DNA of 64,000 nt from an uncultured SAR116 cluster alpha proteobacterium (GCA_902622745.1 CACNQW010000004.1:6326-70325), one strand, 5' to 3'; counted from the stretch's first letter, positions 23,757 through 34,239 are shown. The notes: a model not told the origin generated them from the letters alone. Program-made: numbers and translations.

Positions 23757-24190
23757 TAATTTTTATCGATAAATTGATGAACCTCAACAATGTTACCTTC
23801 TGGATCATAAAAGAAAATTTGATACCATTCTTTAGCAAAAGTTGTCCCATAATCAGCAAATTTAATATTATTTTTATTCAAAATTTTTTTAAACTCTTCA
23901 ATGTCATCAGTTCTAAAAGCTATATGTCCTTTTTCGACGGGATTAATATGCTTTTTATTTTTCTCAGCAACGGTAAGATCTTTTTCTGCTAAATGTAATT
24001 GTATATTTCCATCTGTGACAAATTTAATTTTTCCGTCATACCCCTTATTTTGGTTTGCTTCAGTTCTTGGAAATTGTTGTTCAGGTATGGTATCCAAATT
24101 TAAAATATTTTTATAAAAATTATTTAACTCTTCAAGATTTTTGGATACCAGATTGATGTGATGAAAAGAAATTTTCAAAAAAACCTCCAA
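23756..24190 (-). CDS. VOC/glyoxalase-family protein
   Basis: 144 aa. FHHINLVSKNLEELNNFYKNIL at the N-terminus and FYDPEGNIVEV near the C-terminus are typical paired beta-alpha-beta-beta-beta VOC modules. 1-nt TAATG overlap with the downstream MFS gene. Confidence 0.7.
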   Translation of the reverse strand: MEVFLKISFHHINLVSKNLEELNNFYKNILNLDTIPEQQFPRTEANQNKGYDGKIKFVTDGNIQLHLAEKDLTVAEKNKKHINPVEKGHIAFRTDDIEEFKKILNKNNIKFADYGTTFAKEWYQIFFYDPEGNIVEVHQFIDKN

Positions 24191-24263
24191 TTAATTTAGT
24201 TGAATACTTTTAATTTAAAAAAAAATGTTTAATTTAATATATATAAAAAAAGGAATAATTGAT

Positions 24264-25457
24264 ATGCCAGATGAAAATAAATCAATAGAGACTTTAAGCT
24301 TAGTTCAAGATGATACAAATTCGGAAATAAGATCTTCTGTAGCTAAATTATGTCAAGATTTTCAAGGAGAATATTGGAGAAACTTAGATAGAGAACAAGC
24401 TTATCCTACAGAATTCGTTCAATCGCTAACGGATTCAGGCTTTTTAAGTGTCTTAATACCTGAGCAGTACGGTGGTTCTGGTCTAGGTATAACATCAGCA
24501 TCGGTCATTCTTGAAGAAATACATCATCGAGGTTGTAATGCAGCAGCATGTCATGCCCAGATGTATACTATGGGAACTGTTTTAAGGCACGGTTCTGATG
24601 AACAGAAGAAAAGTTATTTACCTGAAATAGCGAGTGGAAAATTAAGATTACAAGCATTTGGTGTAACAGAGCCTACTAGTGGAACTGATACAACCAGTTT
24701 AAGAACTACTGCAACAAAAGATGGTGATGATTATATCATTAATGGACAAAAAATATGGACAAGTAGAGCTGAACATTCAGATTTAATGTTGCTTTTAGCA
24801 AGAACTAAACCACTAAGTGAAGTTTCTAAAAAAACTGATGGTCTGTCTGTATTCTTATTAGATATGCAAAAAGCAAAAAATAACGGGTTAACAATTAAAC
24901 CAATAAGAACAATGATGAACCATTCAACAACTGAAGTTTTTTTTGATAATTTAAGAATACCTGCCGATAATTTGATTGGAGAAGAAAACAAAGGTTTTAG
25001 ATATATTTTGTCTGGCATGAATGCGGAAAGAATACTTATTGCAGCCGAGTGTATCGGCGATGCTAAGTGGTTTACTAATAAATCAACACAATATGCAAAC
25101 GATAGACAAATATTTGGAAGATCAATAGGTCAAAATCAAGGCATACAATTTCCAATAGCTAGAGCTTATGCACAAATGAGAGCTGCAGAATTAATGGTGT
25201 ATCATGCTGCAAAATTATACGATGATGGTAAACCAATAGGAGAAGAAGCTAACACAGCAAAACTTTTAGCCGCTGATGCGTCTTGGGCAGCTGCGGAAGC
25301 TTGTGTTCAAACTCATGGTGGTTTTGGTTTTGCAGAAGAATATGATGTAGAAAGAAAATTTAGAGAAGCTAGATTATATCAAGTTGCACCAATATCAACT
25401 AACCTAATACTATCATATATTTCAGAACATGTTTTAGGAATGAAAAGATCATACTAA
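24264..25457 (+). CDS. acyl-CoA dehydrogenase family protein
   Basis: GVTEPTSGTD, GQKIWTSRAEHSD, RILIAAECIG, and QTHGGFGFAEEYDVERKFREARL are ACAD motifs. Start chosen at the Met preceded by AAGGA; the tracked ORF starts 39 nt earlier at 24225. Confidence 0.9.
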   Translation: MPDENKSIETLSLVQDDTNSEIRSSVAKLCQDFQGEYWRNLDREQAYPTEFVQSLTDSGFLSVLIPEQYGGSGLGITSASVILEEIHHRGCNAAACHAQMYTMGTVLRHGSDEQKKSYLPEIASGKLRLQAFGVTEPTSGTDTTSLRTTATKDGDDYIINGQKIWTSRAEHSDLMLLLARTKPLSEVSKKTDGLSVFLLDMQKAKNNGLTIKPIRTMMNHSTTEVFFDNLRIPADNLIGEENKGFRYILSGMNAERILIAAECIGDAKWFTNKSTQYANDRQIFGRSIGQNQGIQFPIARAYAQMRAAELMVYHAAKLYDDGKPIGEEANTAKLLAADASWAAAEACVQTHGGFGFAEEYDVERKFREARLYQVAPISTNLILSYISEHVLGMKRSY

Positions 25458-26471
25458 TTACTTTTTAATTAAATCTTTAATATTCCAATTGAAGATTACA
25501 GAAGTATTTATGTTTGCTAAAAATTGATAACCCTTGGTTTTTTTATTCAAATCTTGTGCCTCATTTATAGTTTTAGGATTATTAGATTGAGCAGAAATCT
25601 CAATCCAAGATTCTTTTGAGTCTTTTGATTTTTCTATGAATTTAAATTCTAAAATAAGACCATCTTTAAACTTATAAGAAATAATATTATTATCATTATT
25701 TTTAATTTTATTTACTTTTCTAACATCGTAAAAATAAAAGGCATCAATTACCTCAGCTACTTGCTTTAGTTTTTCTTCGTCAATTTTTAAATCTGGGTTA
25801 TTTTTTAATGATAGTTTTTTATCTTTTGATTCAATTTCAAAAATAATTTTTTTTCTTTTAACGGAGATTGAAGAAAGTTTATCTTGATCTAATTTAAGTA
25901 ATAAACTGTTAAACCAATCCGATTTCCCTGAGGGCATTCTCAATGCCCCTTTTAATAAATACGCTTGATCATCTTTATCATAACGAGCAAATTGACCGCC
26001 GCTTATTCCTCCTACGGTATTATCGATCTTACCTAATAAAATAGATTTGAATACCTTCTGATCTTTAGTAAAAAAAGTTATTTTTGTTGCAGGCTCGTTA
26101 TTATCATCATTTTCTTTGAATTTATCAATAGCAACCAAATTTAATTCATTATGTCTTTCAGGATTGTTTGTTTTCTTTTCTTCGATTCTTAATAAAGATA
26201 AACTTGTTATGAAACTTTCCCAAACACCTGCTTTGAAAGGATAGCCAGAAGTTTCAATAAATGAATTATTTTTATTAATTAATTCCATATCAAGATCTCT
26301 TCCCATAATCTTTATTTTTTGTATGTCATTTAATTTAGACGGAAGATTTTCAATAAAAGTATTACCTCGCTCTGAAAAAAGATTTGAGTCTTTGTTTTTT
26401 AATACAGAATAGGATGCCAATCCCAAAAAAATTGCAGTTACAATTGATAGCTTAGTAAAATTGCTTGTCAT
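25458..26471 (-). CDS. DUF4340-like exported/anchored protein, last gene of the Gld-like ABC operon
   Basis: N-terminal hydrophobic anchor (LSIVTAIFLGLASYSVL) followed by a repetitive beta-rich soluble part. It holds the position directly downstream of a GldG-like gene that DUF4340 proteins typically hold. The family call is from memory and context. Confidence 0.5.
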   Translation of the reverse strand: MTSNFTKLSIVTAIFLGLASYSVLKNKDSNLFSERGNTFIENLPSKLNDIQKIKIMGRDLDMELINKNNSFIETSGYPFKAGVWESFITSLSLLRIEEKKTNNPERHNELNLVAIDKFKENDDNNEPATKITFFTKDQKVFKSILLGKIDNTVGGISGGQFARYDKDDQAYLLKGALRMPSGKSDWFNSLLLKLDQDKLSSISVKRKKIIFEIESKDKKLSLKNNPDLKIDEEKLKQVAEVIDAFYFYDVRKVNKIKNNDNNIISYKFKDGLILEFKFIEKSKDSKESWIEISAQSNNPKTINEAQDLNKKTKGYQFLANINTSVIFNWNIKDLIKK

Positions 26472-26491
26472 AAAATATAATTCCTTAAATT

Positions 26492-28327
26492 TTAATGTAT
26501 TATCTTCTTTGGTTTAGGTCTTCTAATGGCAATAATAAGTGCTAATCCAGCAATTAAAATTGGTATCAAGCCTATATTGATGAACATAATTTTTGTTTTT
26601 AAATTATCAACATCACTTCTCAATTGAAATTTAACATTTCTAAGTTCAGCTCTCGTAGTCATCATTTCTGATTTAAATCCATCAATTGCTTTAATTGTTT
26701 CAGGAGAAATTACATCACTTTCATTATTATTTTTCTTGGTAAGACTTTGAATCTTATTTTCCATTTTTTCAAGTTTGGATACTAATTCTCTTTCCTTACT
26801 TAAGAATTTTTCTTCAGCAGATTTTTCTAGTTCAACTATTTTAGTAAATGGTTTCCAAGAAATTCCCTTTCCTCTTATTTCAGATAAAAATGACCCGCCA
26901 ATCATGTTTTCCACTACATTTAAAACAAAATCACCATTATTTGCGAAAGCAGAAACAATTTCCTGCCCAAGTAAATTTTGTTTTGTCAGCCAATTTCTAT
27001 CCATTAACATGTCTGCATCACTTACTATTAAAATATTAGACATTTCTGATGATTTTTTGAGTCCAGTTTTCTTTTTAACGCCTTTTGGGAAAGCTGAATT
27101 TAGGTTATCTCTTAACCAACCAGATATTATAATTTTCTTGTTATCAATTTTTAAATCCTTTATTAAATCTCTAGGATCAGATTTTGAATCACCTGCTTTG
27201 TCTGAATCAACTAAACCAGATAATTCACTAGACGTAATAAGTGGATCAAATTTAATTCCATCTTTAGGGTTTAAACCACCAGCGTTTGTAAATATTATAT
27301 TAGATAGTTGGGCTAGTACACCGTCATTCTGATTAAGACCCTCATCAGTTACTTGTATCCAAGGATAGTTTGAAACTTCAACTTCTCGACCTTTAATATT
27401 TCTAACAGTTCTCAGGGCATACTTTTTATCAGCGATAGATTTTTTGTTATTAAAATTAATTCCCCAAGTATCTAATAATTTTTTTAAATCAGAACGAGGA
27501 TTTAAAGCAGGCATTCCAGGATTAATACTCACTTCTGTTTCAGCATAAGGATCTAAAAATATTAATGTTGAACCACCTTTTAATACCCACTGTTCTATCA
27601 TAAAAAGAGTTTCATCAGGGTAATATTTTGGATTAATGAGCATTAAAACTTTTGTATTTTCTGAGAGTTCTGAGGCATTGTCTTTAACAAATTCCACATC
27701 AAATAGTGATTTCATTTGTGTTAAAACTTGCTGTTCAGGTTTTCCTATTCTCGAATTAGCTTCTAAACCAAGGTTATCAATAATACTGATTTTTGGTTTT
27801 TTTGTTTGTGCCAATTCAGCGATTAATCTTGTTAAATCATATTCTAAAAATGGTTCTCTTTCAGGAGAGAAAACATTGATATTTTTTTGGCCAGTCGTCG
27901 AATTTGTAGCAGCCAGTCCAAAATATAATGGATCATTATTATTCGATCCTCCAAAAGGACTAATACCCATACCTACTGCTCTATCTTCTTGATCAGAAAA
28001 TGGTTTAGGGTCGATAATTTCTAGAGTAATTTTACCTTCAGACATGTTTGCGTATGAATAAAGTAAAGATTCTACTCTGTTGGCGTAAGTAGATAATTGA
28101 GGAGCAATTTCTACAAGTGTACTAGACATGAATAGCCTTAAATGTATTGGTTCATCAATATTCTTCAGAAATTTTTCTGTACCTGAGCTTATTGTATAAA
28201 GATTATTTTGTGTAGTGTCTAAACTAATTCTGTTAAAAGTATTATTAGAAAAAATATTTAAACTAAAGAAACAAATAATAGATAAAAGTATAGATAGTTT
28301 TAAGATATTATTTTTTGAAATTTTCAT
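26492..28327 (-). CDS. GldG-like ABC-transporter auxiliary component
   Basis: 611 aa. N-terminal signal/anchor, a large periplasmic region, a coiled-coil segment, then a C-terminal TM helix (IMFINIGLIPILIAGLALIIAI). Located immediately downstream of the ABC-2 permease and ATPase. Confidence 0.7.
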   Translation of the reverse strand: MKISKNNILKLSILLSIICFFSLNIFSNNTFNRISLDTTQNNLYTISSGTEKFLKNIDEPIHLRLFMSSTLVEIAPQLSTYANRVESLLYSYANMSEGKITLEIIDPKPFSDQEDRAVGMGISPFGGSNNNDPLYFGLAATNSTTGQKNINVFSPEREPFLEYDLTRLIAELAQTKKPKISIIDNLGLEANSRIGKPEQQVLTQMKSLFDVEFVKDNASELSENTKVLMLINPKYYPDETLFMIEQWVLKGGSTLIFLDPYAETEVSINPGMPALNPRSDLKKLLDTWGINFNNKKSIADKKYALRTVRNIKGREVEVSNYPWIQVTDEGLNQNDGVLAQLSNIIFTNAGGLNPKDGIKFDPLITSSELSGLVDSDKAGDSKSDPRDLIKDLKIDNKKIIISGWLRDNLNSAFPKGVKKKTGLKKSSEMSNILIVSDADMLMDRNWLTKQNLLGQEIVSAFANNGDFVLNVVENMIGGSFLSEIRGKGISWKPFTKIVELEKSAEEKFLSKERELVSKLEKMENKIQSLTKKNNNESDVISPETIKAIDGFKSEMMTTRAELRNVKFQLRSDVDNLKTKIMFINIGLIPILIAGLALIIAIRRPKPKKIIH

Positions 28328-28328
28328 G

Positions 28329-29075
28329 TTAATCAGCTTTTTTTAATTGAACTAAAAAGATATTGATAGATATACAAATCATAATCATAGAAATAAAAAA
28401 GATAAAAGTCGTTAAGTCTAGAACACCATATTGAATTCTCTTAAAATGAGATAAAAAAGAAAAAGACTGGATAACCTCAGTCAACCATAAAGGCGCCCAT
28501 GATCTTACACTAGCCAAAACAAGTCCAAATCCAGCCATAACCATAATGAAACAGCTGATTGTCGAAACAATAAAGGCTATTACTTGATTTTTTGTTAACA
28601 TTGAAAGACAAGATGTTAAGGATAAAAAACATCCCGCCATTAACCAGCTCCCTAAGTAAGAAATAAAAATAACACCGTTATCAGGTTCACCTAAATAATT
28701 TACAGTTATCCATATTGGAATCGTCATTATGATAGCTAATAGTGTAAAAAACCAACTAGCTAAAAATTTACCGAGTACTAATTGAGAGTTTGTAACAGGT
28801 AATGTCATTAATAATTCAATAGTACCAGACTTTCTTTCTTCTGCCCAAAGTCTCATTCCAATTGCAGGCATAAGAATTAAAAAAAGCCATGGATGCCATA
28901 CAAAAAAAGAATTTAAATCAGCTTGGCCTCTCTGAAAAAATTGTCCCATAAAAAAAGTCATTCCTGCTGATAATGCTAAAAATACAAGAAGAAAGATTGA
29001 AGCTAAAGGTGTTCTAAAATAACCAGTAAATTCTCTATTAAAAATGATCATTAATTTTTCAATATAAAGTTTCAT
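28329..29075 (-). CDS. ABC-2 type transporter permease (GldF-like)
   Basis: 248 aa with 6 TM helices. Tightly packed between the ATPase and the GldG-like gene (gaps of 7 and 1 nt). Confidence 0.8.
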   Translation of the reverse strand: MKLYIEKLMIIFNREFTGYFRTPLASIFLLVFLALSAGMTFFMGQFFQRGQADLNSFFVWHPWLFLILMPAIGMRLWAEERKSGTIELLMTLPVTNSQLVLGKFLASWFFTLLAIIMTIPIWITVNYLGEPDNGVIFISYLGSWLMAGCFLSLTSCLSMLTKNQVIAFIVSTISCFIMVMAGFGLVLASVRSWAPLWLTEVIQSFSFLSHFKRIQYGVLDLTTFIFFISMIMICISINIFLVQLKKAD

Positions 29076-29082
29076 GATTTTC

Positions 29083-29796
29083 CTATTTTGTGATCTTTCT
29101 GAATATTGAATCTAAATTTTCTTTTTTATTCTTTAAGATGTCTTTTGTCTCTTTATTTAAGAGCACTTTCCCCGAAGAAATTATGATAGTCCTAGAACAT
29201 ACAGCTTCAACTTCTTCTAGAATATGAGTTGAAATAATAATTCCTTTATTTTTAGAGATTGATTTAATTAGTTTTCTCATTTCAAATTTTTGATTTGGGT
29301 CTAATCCATCCGTCGGCTCATCTAAAATCAAGATATCAGGATCATGGATTAAAGCTTGTGCAATTCCAACTCTTCTTTTGTACCCTTTGGATAATGTTTC
29401 AATTATTTGATTTTGAACTTCTGTAAGATTTATATCTTTAAGCATTATTTCTAATCTTTTTTCAAGAAGTTCATCTTTTAAACCTCTCATTTTACCAACA
29501 AAATATAAAAATGATTTAACAGTCATATCTGAGTAGGATGGAGCACCTTCTGGTAGATAGCCGATAATAGATTTTGCATTTATTGGATCTTTTGAAAGAT
29601 CAATTTTTTTAATTTCAATTGATCCAGAATCAGCTTCAAGAAATCCAGTAAGAATTTTCATTGTTGTCGATTTACCAGCGCCGTTTGGTCCTAGAAAACC
29701 GATAACCTCACCAACATTTAGTGAAATGCTAATATCTGAAACAGCATTAATATTACCAAATGACTTGTATAAGTTTTTTGCTTCTAATAAGTTCAA
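29083..29796 (-). CDS. ABC transporter ATP-binding protein (GldA-like)
   Basis: Walker A GPNGAGKST, signature LSKGYKRRVGIA, Walker B ILILDEPTDGLD. Confidence 0.92.
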   Translation of the reverse strand: MNLLEAKNLYKSFGNINAVSDISISLNVGEVIGFLGPNGAGKSTTMKILTGFLEADSGSIEIKKIDLSKDPINAKSIIGYLPEGAPSYSDMTVKSFLYFVGKMRGLKDELLEKRLEIMLKDINLTEVQNQIIETLSKGYKRRVGIAQALIHDPDILILDEPTDGLDPNQKFEMRKLIKSISKNKGIIISTHILEEVEAVCSRTIIISSGKVLLNKETKDILKNKKENLDSIFRKITK

Positions 29797-29866
29797 TATA
29801 TCCTCAATGGAAGTTCAGATTTATGCAATATTTAATAAAATTTAATTTTTTTTCAAGTTAAATAAA

Positions 29867-31276
29867 TTAAAAATTATTTAAATTTGGGAACTCTGGCTGG
29901 CCAAATTCTTTTTCAAGTGCTATTCCTATCTCTATTGCCTTGCTATCATTTCCATTAGCACATAAAACTTGTAGACCTACTGGTAAGCAAGTATCACTTT
30001 TATAGTCATTACAATATTTTTGAATAGGGTAGCTTATTCCACATAAGTTAAATAAGTTGCCTGGTTGAGTGTTGGCAGAAGAAAGTAAACTTCTGTCATG
30101 AAGTTTTCCGTTTATTTCACAATCTTCAACCTTCATTGCTCTCATTACTGTAGTTGGAGAAATTAAAGCATCATAATCCTTAAAGAAGTCTGAAGCCATT
30201 ATTTCTAATTCTTTTAATCTATTTTTGAATTTCAAATAGTCTGCCGATTTTACATCTAATCCAACCTTAGCTCTTTTAGCTGTAACAGGATCCATATTAT
30301 CGCAATTATCTAAAAACCTTTTTTCTCCAAAAGCATAGATAATTTCTGATCCTACTATTGGCGGAAAAAGATTTACTCTTTCCAAAGCTTCAGGAATATC
30401 TAGTTCAATTAAGGTAGCCCCTTTTTCTTTTAATTTTTCACAAATTTTTTCATAGGCATTTTGAACTTCTTCATCCAGATCATCTGTGAAAGGCTTACCT
30501 AATTTAGCTAACTTTAGATTACTAAGATGAATGGGTCCTAAATCTTTTTTTATACCAGATCCATAAGTTTCAAATATAGTTTTAATATCTTCGAATGACC
30601 TTGCTAATGGTCCTGGAGTGTCAAGTGTAGGTGAAAGTGGAAAAATACCATCAGTAGGCCAAACATCCTTTGTAGTTTTTAAACCAGCAACGCCCGTTAA
30701 AGATGCTGGTATTCTTACGGATCCCCCGGTATCGGTTCCAATTGCAAATGGTACTAAACCAGATGCAACTGCGACTGCAGAGCCACTACTTGATCCACCT
30801 GGAATTCTATGAGTTTCTAAATCCCAAGGGTTCCATGGTGTTCCTCTATGTTTATTTAGGCCAGTTGCTCCCAGTGCAAATTCGACTGTATGCGTTTTTC
30901 CTATTACAACGCATCCTAATTCTTTAAGTCTTTTTACAAGACTTCCTTCTTCACCAGTGATATCGTCGGAATTAACTATAGATCCGTTTGTTGTCGGCAT
31001 GTTATTAACAGAACAAATGTCCTTAATCGCTACTGGCAAACCCATTAAAGGGCCTAGGTCAACACCTGATTTTAATAATTTATCAATAGCGATTGCGTTA
31101 TTAATAGCCTTTTTTTCATCAATAAAAATGAAAGCATTCAATTTATCATTTACGGATTTTATTCTATTTAAGTAAGACGTAACAATTTGCTCACAATTAA
31201 TCTCACCTTGTCTTAATTTTTTAGCAAAAGAATTTATACTCATATTTAATAGTGGGTCATTAGGTAGGTTAGACAA
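29867..31276 (-). CDS. amidase-signature family amidase
   Basis: Amidase signature GGSSSGSAVAVASGLVPFAIGTDTGGSVRIPAS with a catalytic Ser-cisSer-Lys type context. 469 aa. Confidence 0.88.
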   Translation of the reverse strand: MSNLPNDPLLNMSINSFAKKLRQGEINCEQIVTSYLNRIKSVNDKLNAFIFIDEKKAINNAIAIDKLLKSGVDLGPLMGLPVAIKDICSVNNMPTTNGSIVNSDDITGEEGSLVKRLKELGCVVIGKTHTVEFALGATGLNKHRGTPWNPWDLETHRIPGGSSSGSAVAVASGLVPFAIGTDTGGSVRIPASLTGVAGLKTTKDVWPTDGIFPLSPTLDTPGPLARSFEDIKTIFETYGSGIKKDLGPIHLSNLKLAKLGKPFTDDLDEEVQNAYEKICEKLKEKGATLIELDIPEALERVNLFPPIVGSEIIYAFGEKRFLDNCDNMDPVTAKRAKVGLDVKSADYLKFKNRLKELEIMASDFFKDYDALISPTTVMRAMKVEDCEINGKLHDRSLLSSANTQPGNLFNLCGISYPIQKYCNDYKSDTCLPVGLQVLCANGNDSKAIEIGIALEKEFGQPEFPNLNNF

Positions 31277-31288
31277 TTATATCTCCTT

Positions 31289-31687
31289 TTAATTTTTAAA
31301 TTGATCTTTCATTGATTTAAATATTCCTTTAAGTCTTGGTGAAGTTGTGCAATCTGCCTCAAGAATAACATTTTCTTTCACATCAACAAACATTCCATCA
31401 TATCTAATGGCTGGATATTTTGGGTTTGCTCTTAGTTGAAGTTTTCTGTCTGACTTTAATCTTAATCTTGCAATTTTATTTCTAAAAGGGACTATTATGT
31501 CAGTACCTGGCACAGCTACAACAAATGAGTCATCGTCCAGTGAACATTTGTTATCTAATTTAACAGTAACAGACATCATTTTAACTTCTTTAAAAACATT
31601 TCGTACATTTGGCATTCCAAACCATATTATTGCAAAAATAAATAATACTCCTAAAATACCGATTAGAATTTTTGCTATCATTTTCAT
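31289..31687 (-). CDS. hypothetical membrane-anchored protein
   Basis: 132 aa. One N-terminal TM helix (IAKILIGILGVLFIFAIIWFG) followed by a soluble domain with no motif I recognise. Confidence 0.45.
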   Translation of the reverse strand: MKMIAKILIGILGVLFIFAIIWFGMPNVRNVFKEVKMMSVTVKLDNKCSLDDDSFVVAVPGTDIIVPFRNKIARLRLKSDRKLQLRANPKYPAIRYDGMFVDVKENVILEADCTTSPRLKGIFKSMKDQFKN

Positions 31688-31774
31688 TATAATTTATTAT
31701 ACACATAAATACGCAAAAAAAATTAATAAACCGTGATAATAAAATAAATTAATATATATTTGAATTAATACATT

Positions 31775-32959
31775 ATGTCAGAATTTGAACGGATAAATAG
31801 ATTACCAACGTACGTTTTTCAAGAAGTTAACGACTTAAAAGCAAAGTTGAGGCATAAAGGAAAAGATATTATTGATTTTGGCATGGGTAACCCTGACATG
31901 CCTACACCAAATCATATCCGTGAAAAACTTCAAGAAACAGTAAACAAACCTGGTACAGGAAGATATTCTACAAGTAGAGGAATACCGGGGTTAAGGAAAG
32001 CACAAGTTTCATATTACGAACGAAGATTTGGTGTTAAATTAGATCCAGATAAAGAAGTTGTTGTTACACTTGGTTCAAAAGAAGGATTAGCTAATCTTGC
32101 TCAAGCAATTACATCTCCAGGTGATATAATTTTATCACCAAACCCATCATATCCAATTCACCCATATGGATTTATTATCGCTGGAGCTTCATTAAGGCAT
32201 TTACCAGCAATGGAAGACGGACAATTTAATCAAGAATTATTTTTAGAAAAATTGGATAGAGCTATTCGACATTCAGTACCCTCTCCAAAAGCAGTGATTG
32301 TATCTTTTCCTTCCAATCCAACCGCCCAGATTGTTGATTTGGGTTTTTATGAAGAAGTTGTAAAAATAGGATTGAAATATAATACATTTATTTTATCTGA
32401 CTTGGCTTATGCAGAAATATATTTTGGTGACAATCCTCCACCATCTATTTTACAAGTTAAAAATTCTAAGAAAATTTGTGTGGAGTTTACATCCATGTCT
32501 AAAACATATGCTATGGCAGGTTGGAGAATTGGATTTGCTGTAGGAAATAAAAATCTTATTGCAGCTTTAACTAAAATTAAATCTTATCTTGATTATGGTG
32601 CTTTTACTCCAGTACAGGTTGCAGCTGCATCAGCTTTAAATGGCCCACAAGAATGTGTTGAAAATATTAGAAACATCTACAAGTCTAGAAGAGACACTTT
32701 GATAAAATCTATGTCTAGAAGCGGATGGGAAATTCCTAAACCAGAAGCAAGTATGTTTGCATGGGCACCAATTCCAAAAAAGTACGAGAAAAAAGGTTCT
32801 TTAGCCTTTTCAAAAGATTTAATGCTAAAGGCAAGTGTGGCTGTTGCTCCAGGTATAGCCTTTGGAGAATATGGAGAAGGATTTGTAAGAATTGGTCTTG
32901 TAGAAAATGAACATAGAATAAGACAAGCAGCCAAAAATATAAAAAAACTTTTAGGCTAA
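31775..32959 (+). CDS. class I/II PLP-dependent aminotransferase (alanine/aspartate aminotransferase-like)
   Basis: INRLPTYVFQEV...DFGMGNPDMPTP N-terminus. PLP-Lys context SMSKTYAMAGWRIGF. Confidence 0.88.
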   Translation: MSEFERINRLPTYVFQEVNDLKAKLRHKGKDIIDFGMGNPDMPTPNHIREKLQETVNKPGTGRYSTSRGIPGLRKAQVSYYERRFGVKLDPDKEVVVTLGSKEGLANLAQAITSPGDIILSPNPSYPIHPYGFIIAGASLRHLPAMEDGQFNQELFLEKLDRAIRHSVPSPKAVIVSFPSNPTAQIVDLGFYEEVVKIGLKYNTFILSDLAYAEIYFGDNPPPSILQVKNSKKICVEFTSMSKTYAMAGWRIGFAVGNKNLIAALTKIKSYLDYGAFTPVQVAAASALNGPQECVENIRNIYKSRRDTLIKSMSRSGWEIPKPEASMFAWAPIPKKYEKKGSLAFSKDLMLKASVAVAPGIAFGEYGEGFVRIGLVENEHRIRQAAKNIKKLLG

Positions 32960-34180
32960 AGAATTAAAAAAGTTTTTTAAATTAAAATCACTTGTTAAAT
33001 GATCTTTTTTAAGAAGGTGCCTTTTCCCCCAATTATTTTTCATAATTAAGTGGTGTCCAGGACTATTGATGCTTTCAACTGCTTGCAGTTGATTATCTGC
33101 AAATATAAAATTAGAAAATTTAGAGCTTTCTTGAGAGCCTATTATTTTGGTTTCAATATTTGAATTTAAATCTAATAGCCCGACTATTTGCAGTTTTATA
33201 TTAAGCTGATCAGACCAAAACCATGGCACAAAATTATATAGTTCTTTCATGCCAAGAATATTTTTTGCAACTGTCTTTGCTTGATCTGTTGCATTTTGTA
33301 TAGATTCTAATCTAACCTCTTTTGAATAGTAATCAAAAAAACAACAATCTCCAATTGCATAAATATCATCAATATTAGTTTCTAAAAATGAGTTAACTTT
33401 AATTTTATTAAATTCATTTACTTTAATACTTTTAAATAATAAATCATTTGGTTGAGAACCAGCAGATATAAGCACCATCTCAGAATTTATTTTTGTGCCA
33501 TCAGATAAAATAACATTAATTTTAGAGTTTTCATCAGATTTAAAAGATTTAAAAGATTTATTGAATATGAACTTTATTCCTGATTTTGTATAATAATCTA
33601 TTAGCCATTTAGATAGATCTTTAGATATAGATCGTCCCATTACATTTTCACTATTTTCAATTATTGTAACATCTTTGTTTAATTGAAGTGCTGTTGTGGC
33701 AATTTCTAATCCAATAAAACCTGCACCAATAATAGTAATAGTTTGAACTTCAGAAATTTTTTTTCTTATTCTCTTAGAGTCCTCTAAATTTCTCAAAGAA
33801 AAAAAATTGCCTTTTTGATACTCTTTAGTATCTATTCCTAAAAGATTATTTTTAGATCCAGTAGCAATTACTAATTTGTTATAATAATATAAATTATCTT
33901 TTTCATCACTTAATGATTTATTTTTATGATTTATGAATTTGATATTTGTGTTTAGTTTTAAATTAATTTTATTATTAACATACCATTCCTTACTTCTAAG
34001 AAGAGCTTCTTTTGTATCAAATGATTTGATGTATGATTTGGAGAGGGGCGGTTTTTGATACGGTAATGTATTCTCTTGATCAAATATTTCAATTTTACCA
34101 GAAAAACCTAAATTTCTTAAGCTTGCTGCAGTTTCTATTCCTGCGTGCCCTGCTCCAATAATTAAAACTTTTGTATCCAT
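32951..34180 (-). CDS. FAD-dependent pyridine nucleotide-disulfide oxidoreductase (ferredoxin/rubredoxin reductase-like)
   Basis: LIIGAGHAGIE FAD motif, second Rossmann IIGAGFIGLE, YAIGDC motif. 409 aa, typical of ferredoxin-NAD(P) reductase-like proteins. Confidence 0.82.
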   Translation of the reverse strand: MDTKVLIIGAGHAGIETAASLRNLGFSGKIEIFDQENTLPYQKPPLSKSYIKSFDTKEALLRSKEWYVNNKINLKLNTNIKFINHKNKSLSDEKDNLYYYNKLVIATGSKNNLLGIDTKEYQKGNFFSLRNLEDSKRIRKKISEVQTITIIGAGFIGLEIATTALQLNKDVTIIENSENVMGRSISKDLSKWLIDYYTKSGIKFIFNKSFKSFKSDENSKINVILSDGTKINSEMVLISAGSQPNDLLFKSIKVNEFNKIKVNSFLETNIDDIYAIGDCCFFDYYSKEVRLESIQNATDQAKTVAKNILGMKELYNFVPWFWSDQLNIKLQIVGLLDLNSNIETKIIGSQESSKFSNFIFADNQLQAVESINSPGHHLIMKNNWGKRHLLKKDHLTSDFNLKNFFNSLA

Positions 34181-34239
34181 TAACTATTAGAAATTAATTT
34201 GATTTGATATAATAATCAAGTAACTGTTACAATTTAAAA

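Noticed and set aside
26775-27332. 185-aa plus-strand ORF inside the GldG-like gene.
   Set aside because: It has the same shadow-frame geometry relative to the minus-strand gene. There is no motif and no RBS-like context. The GldG-like ORF is continuous and explains the region.
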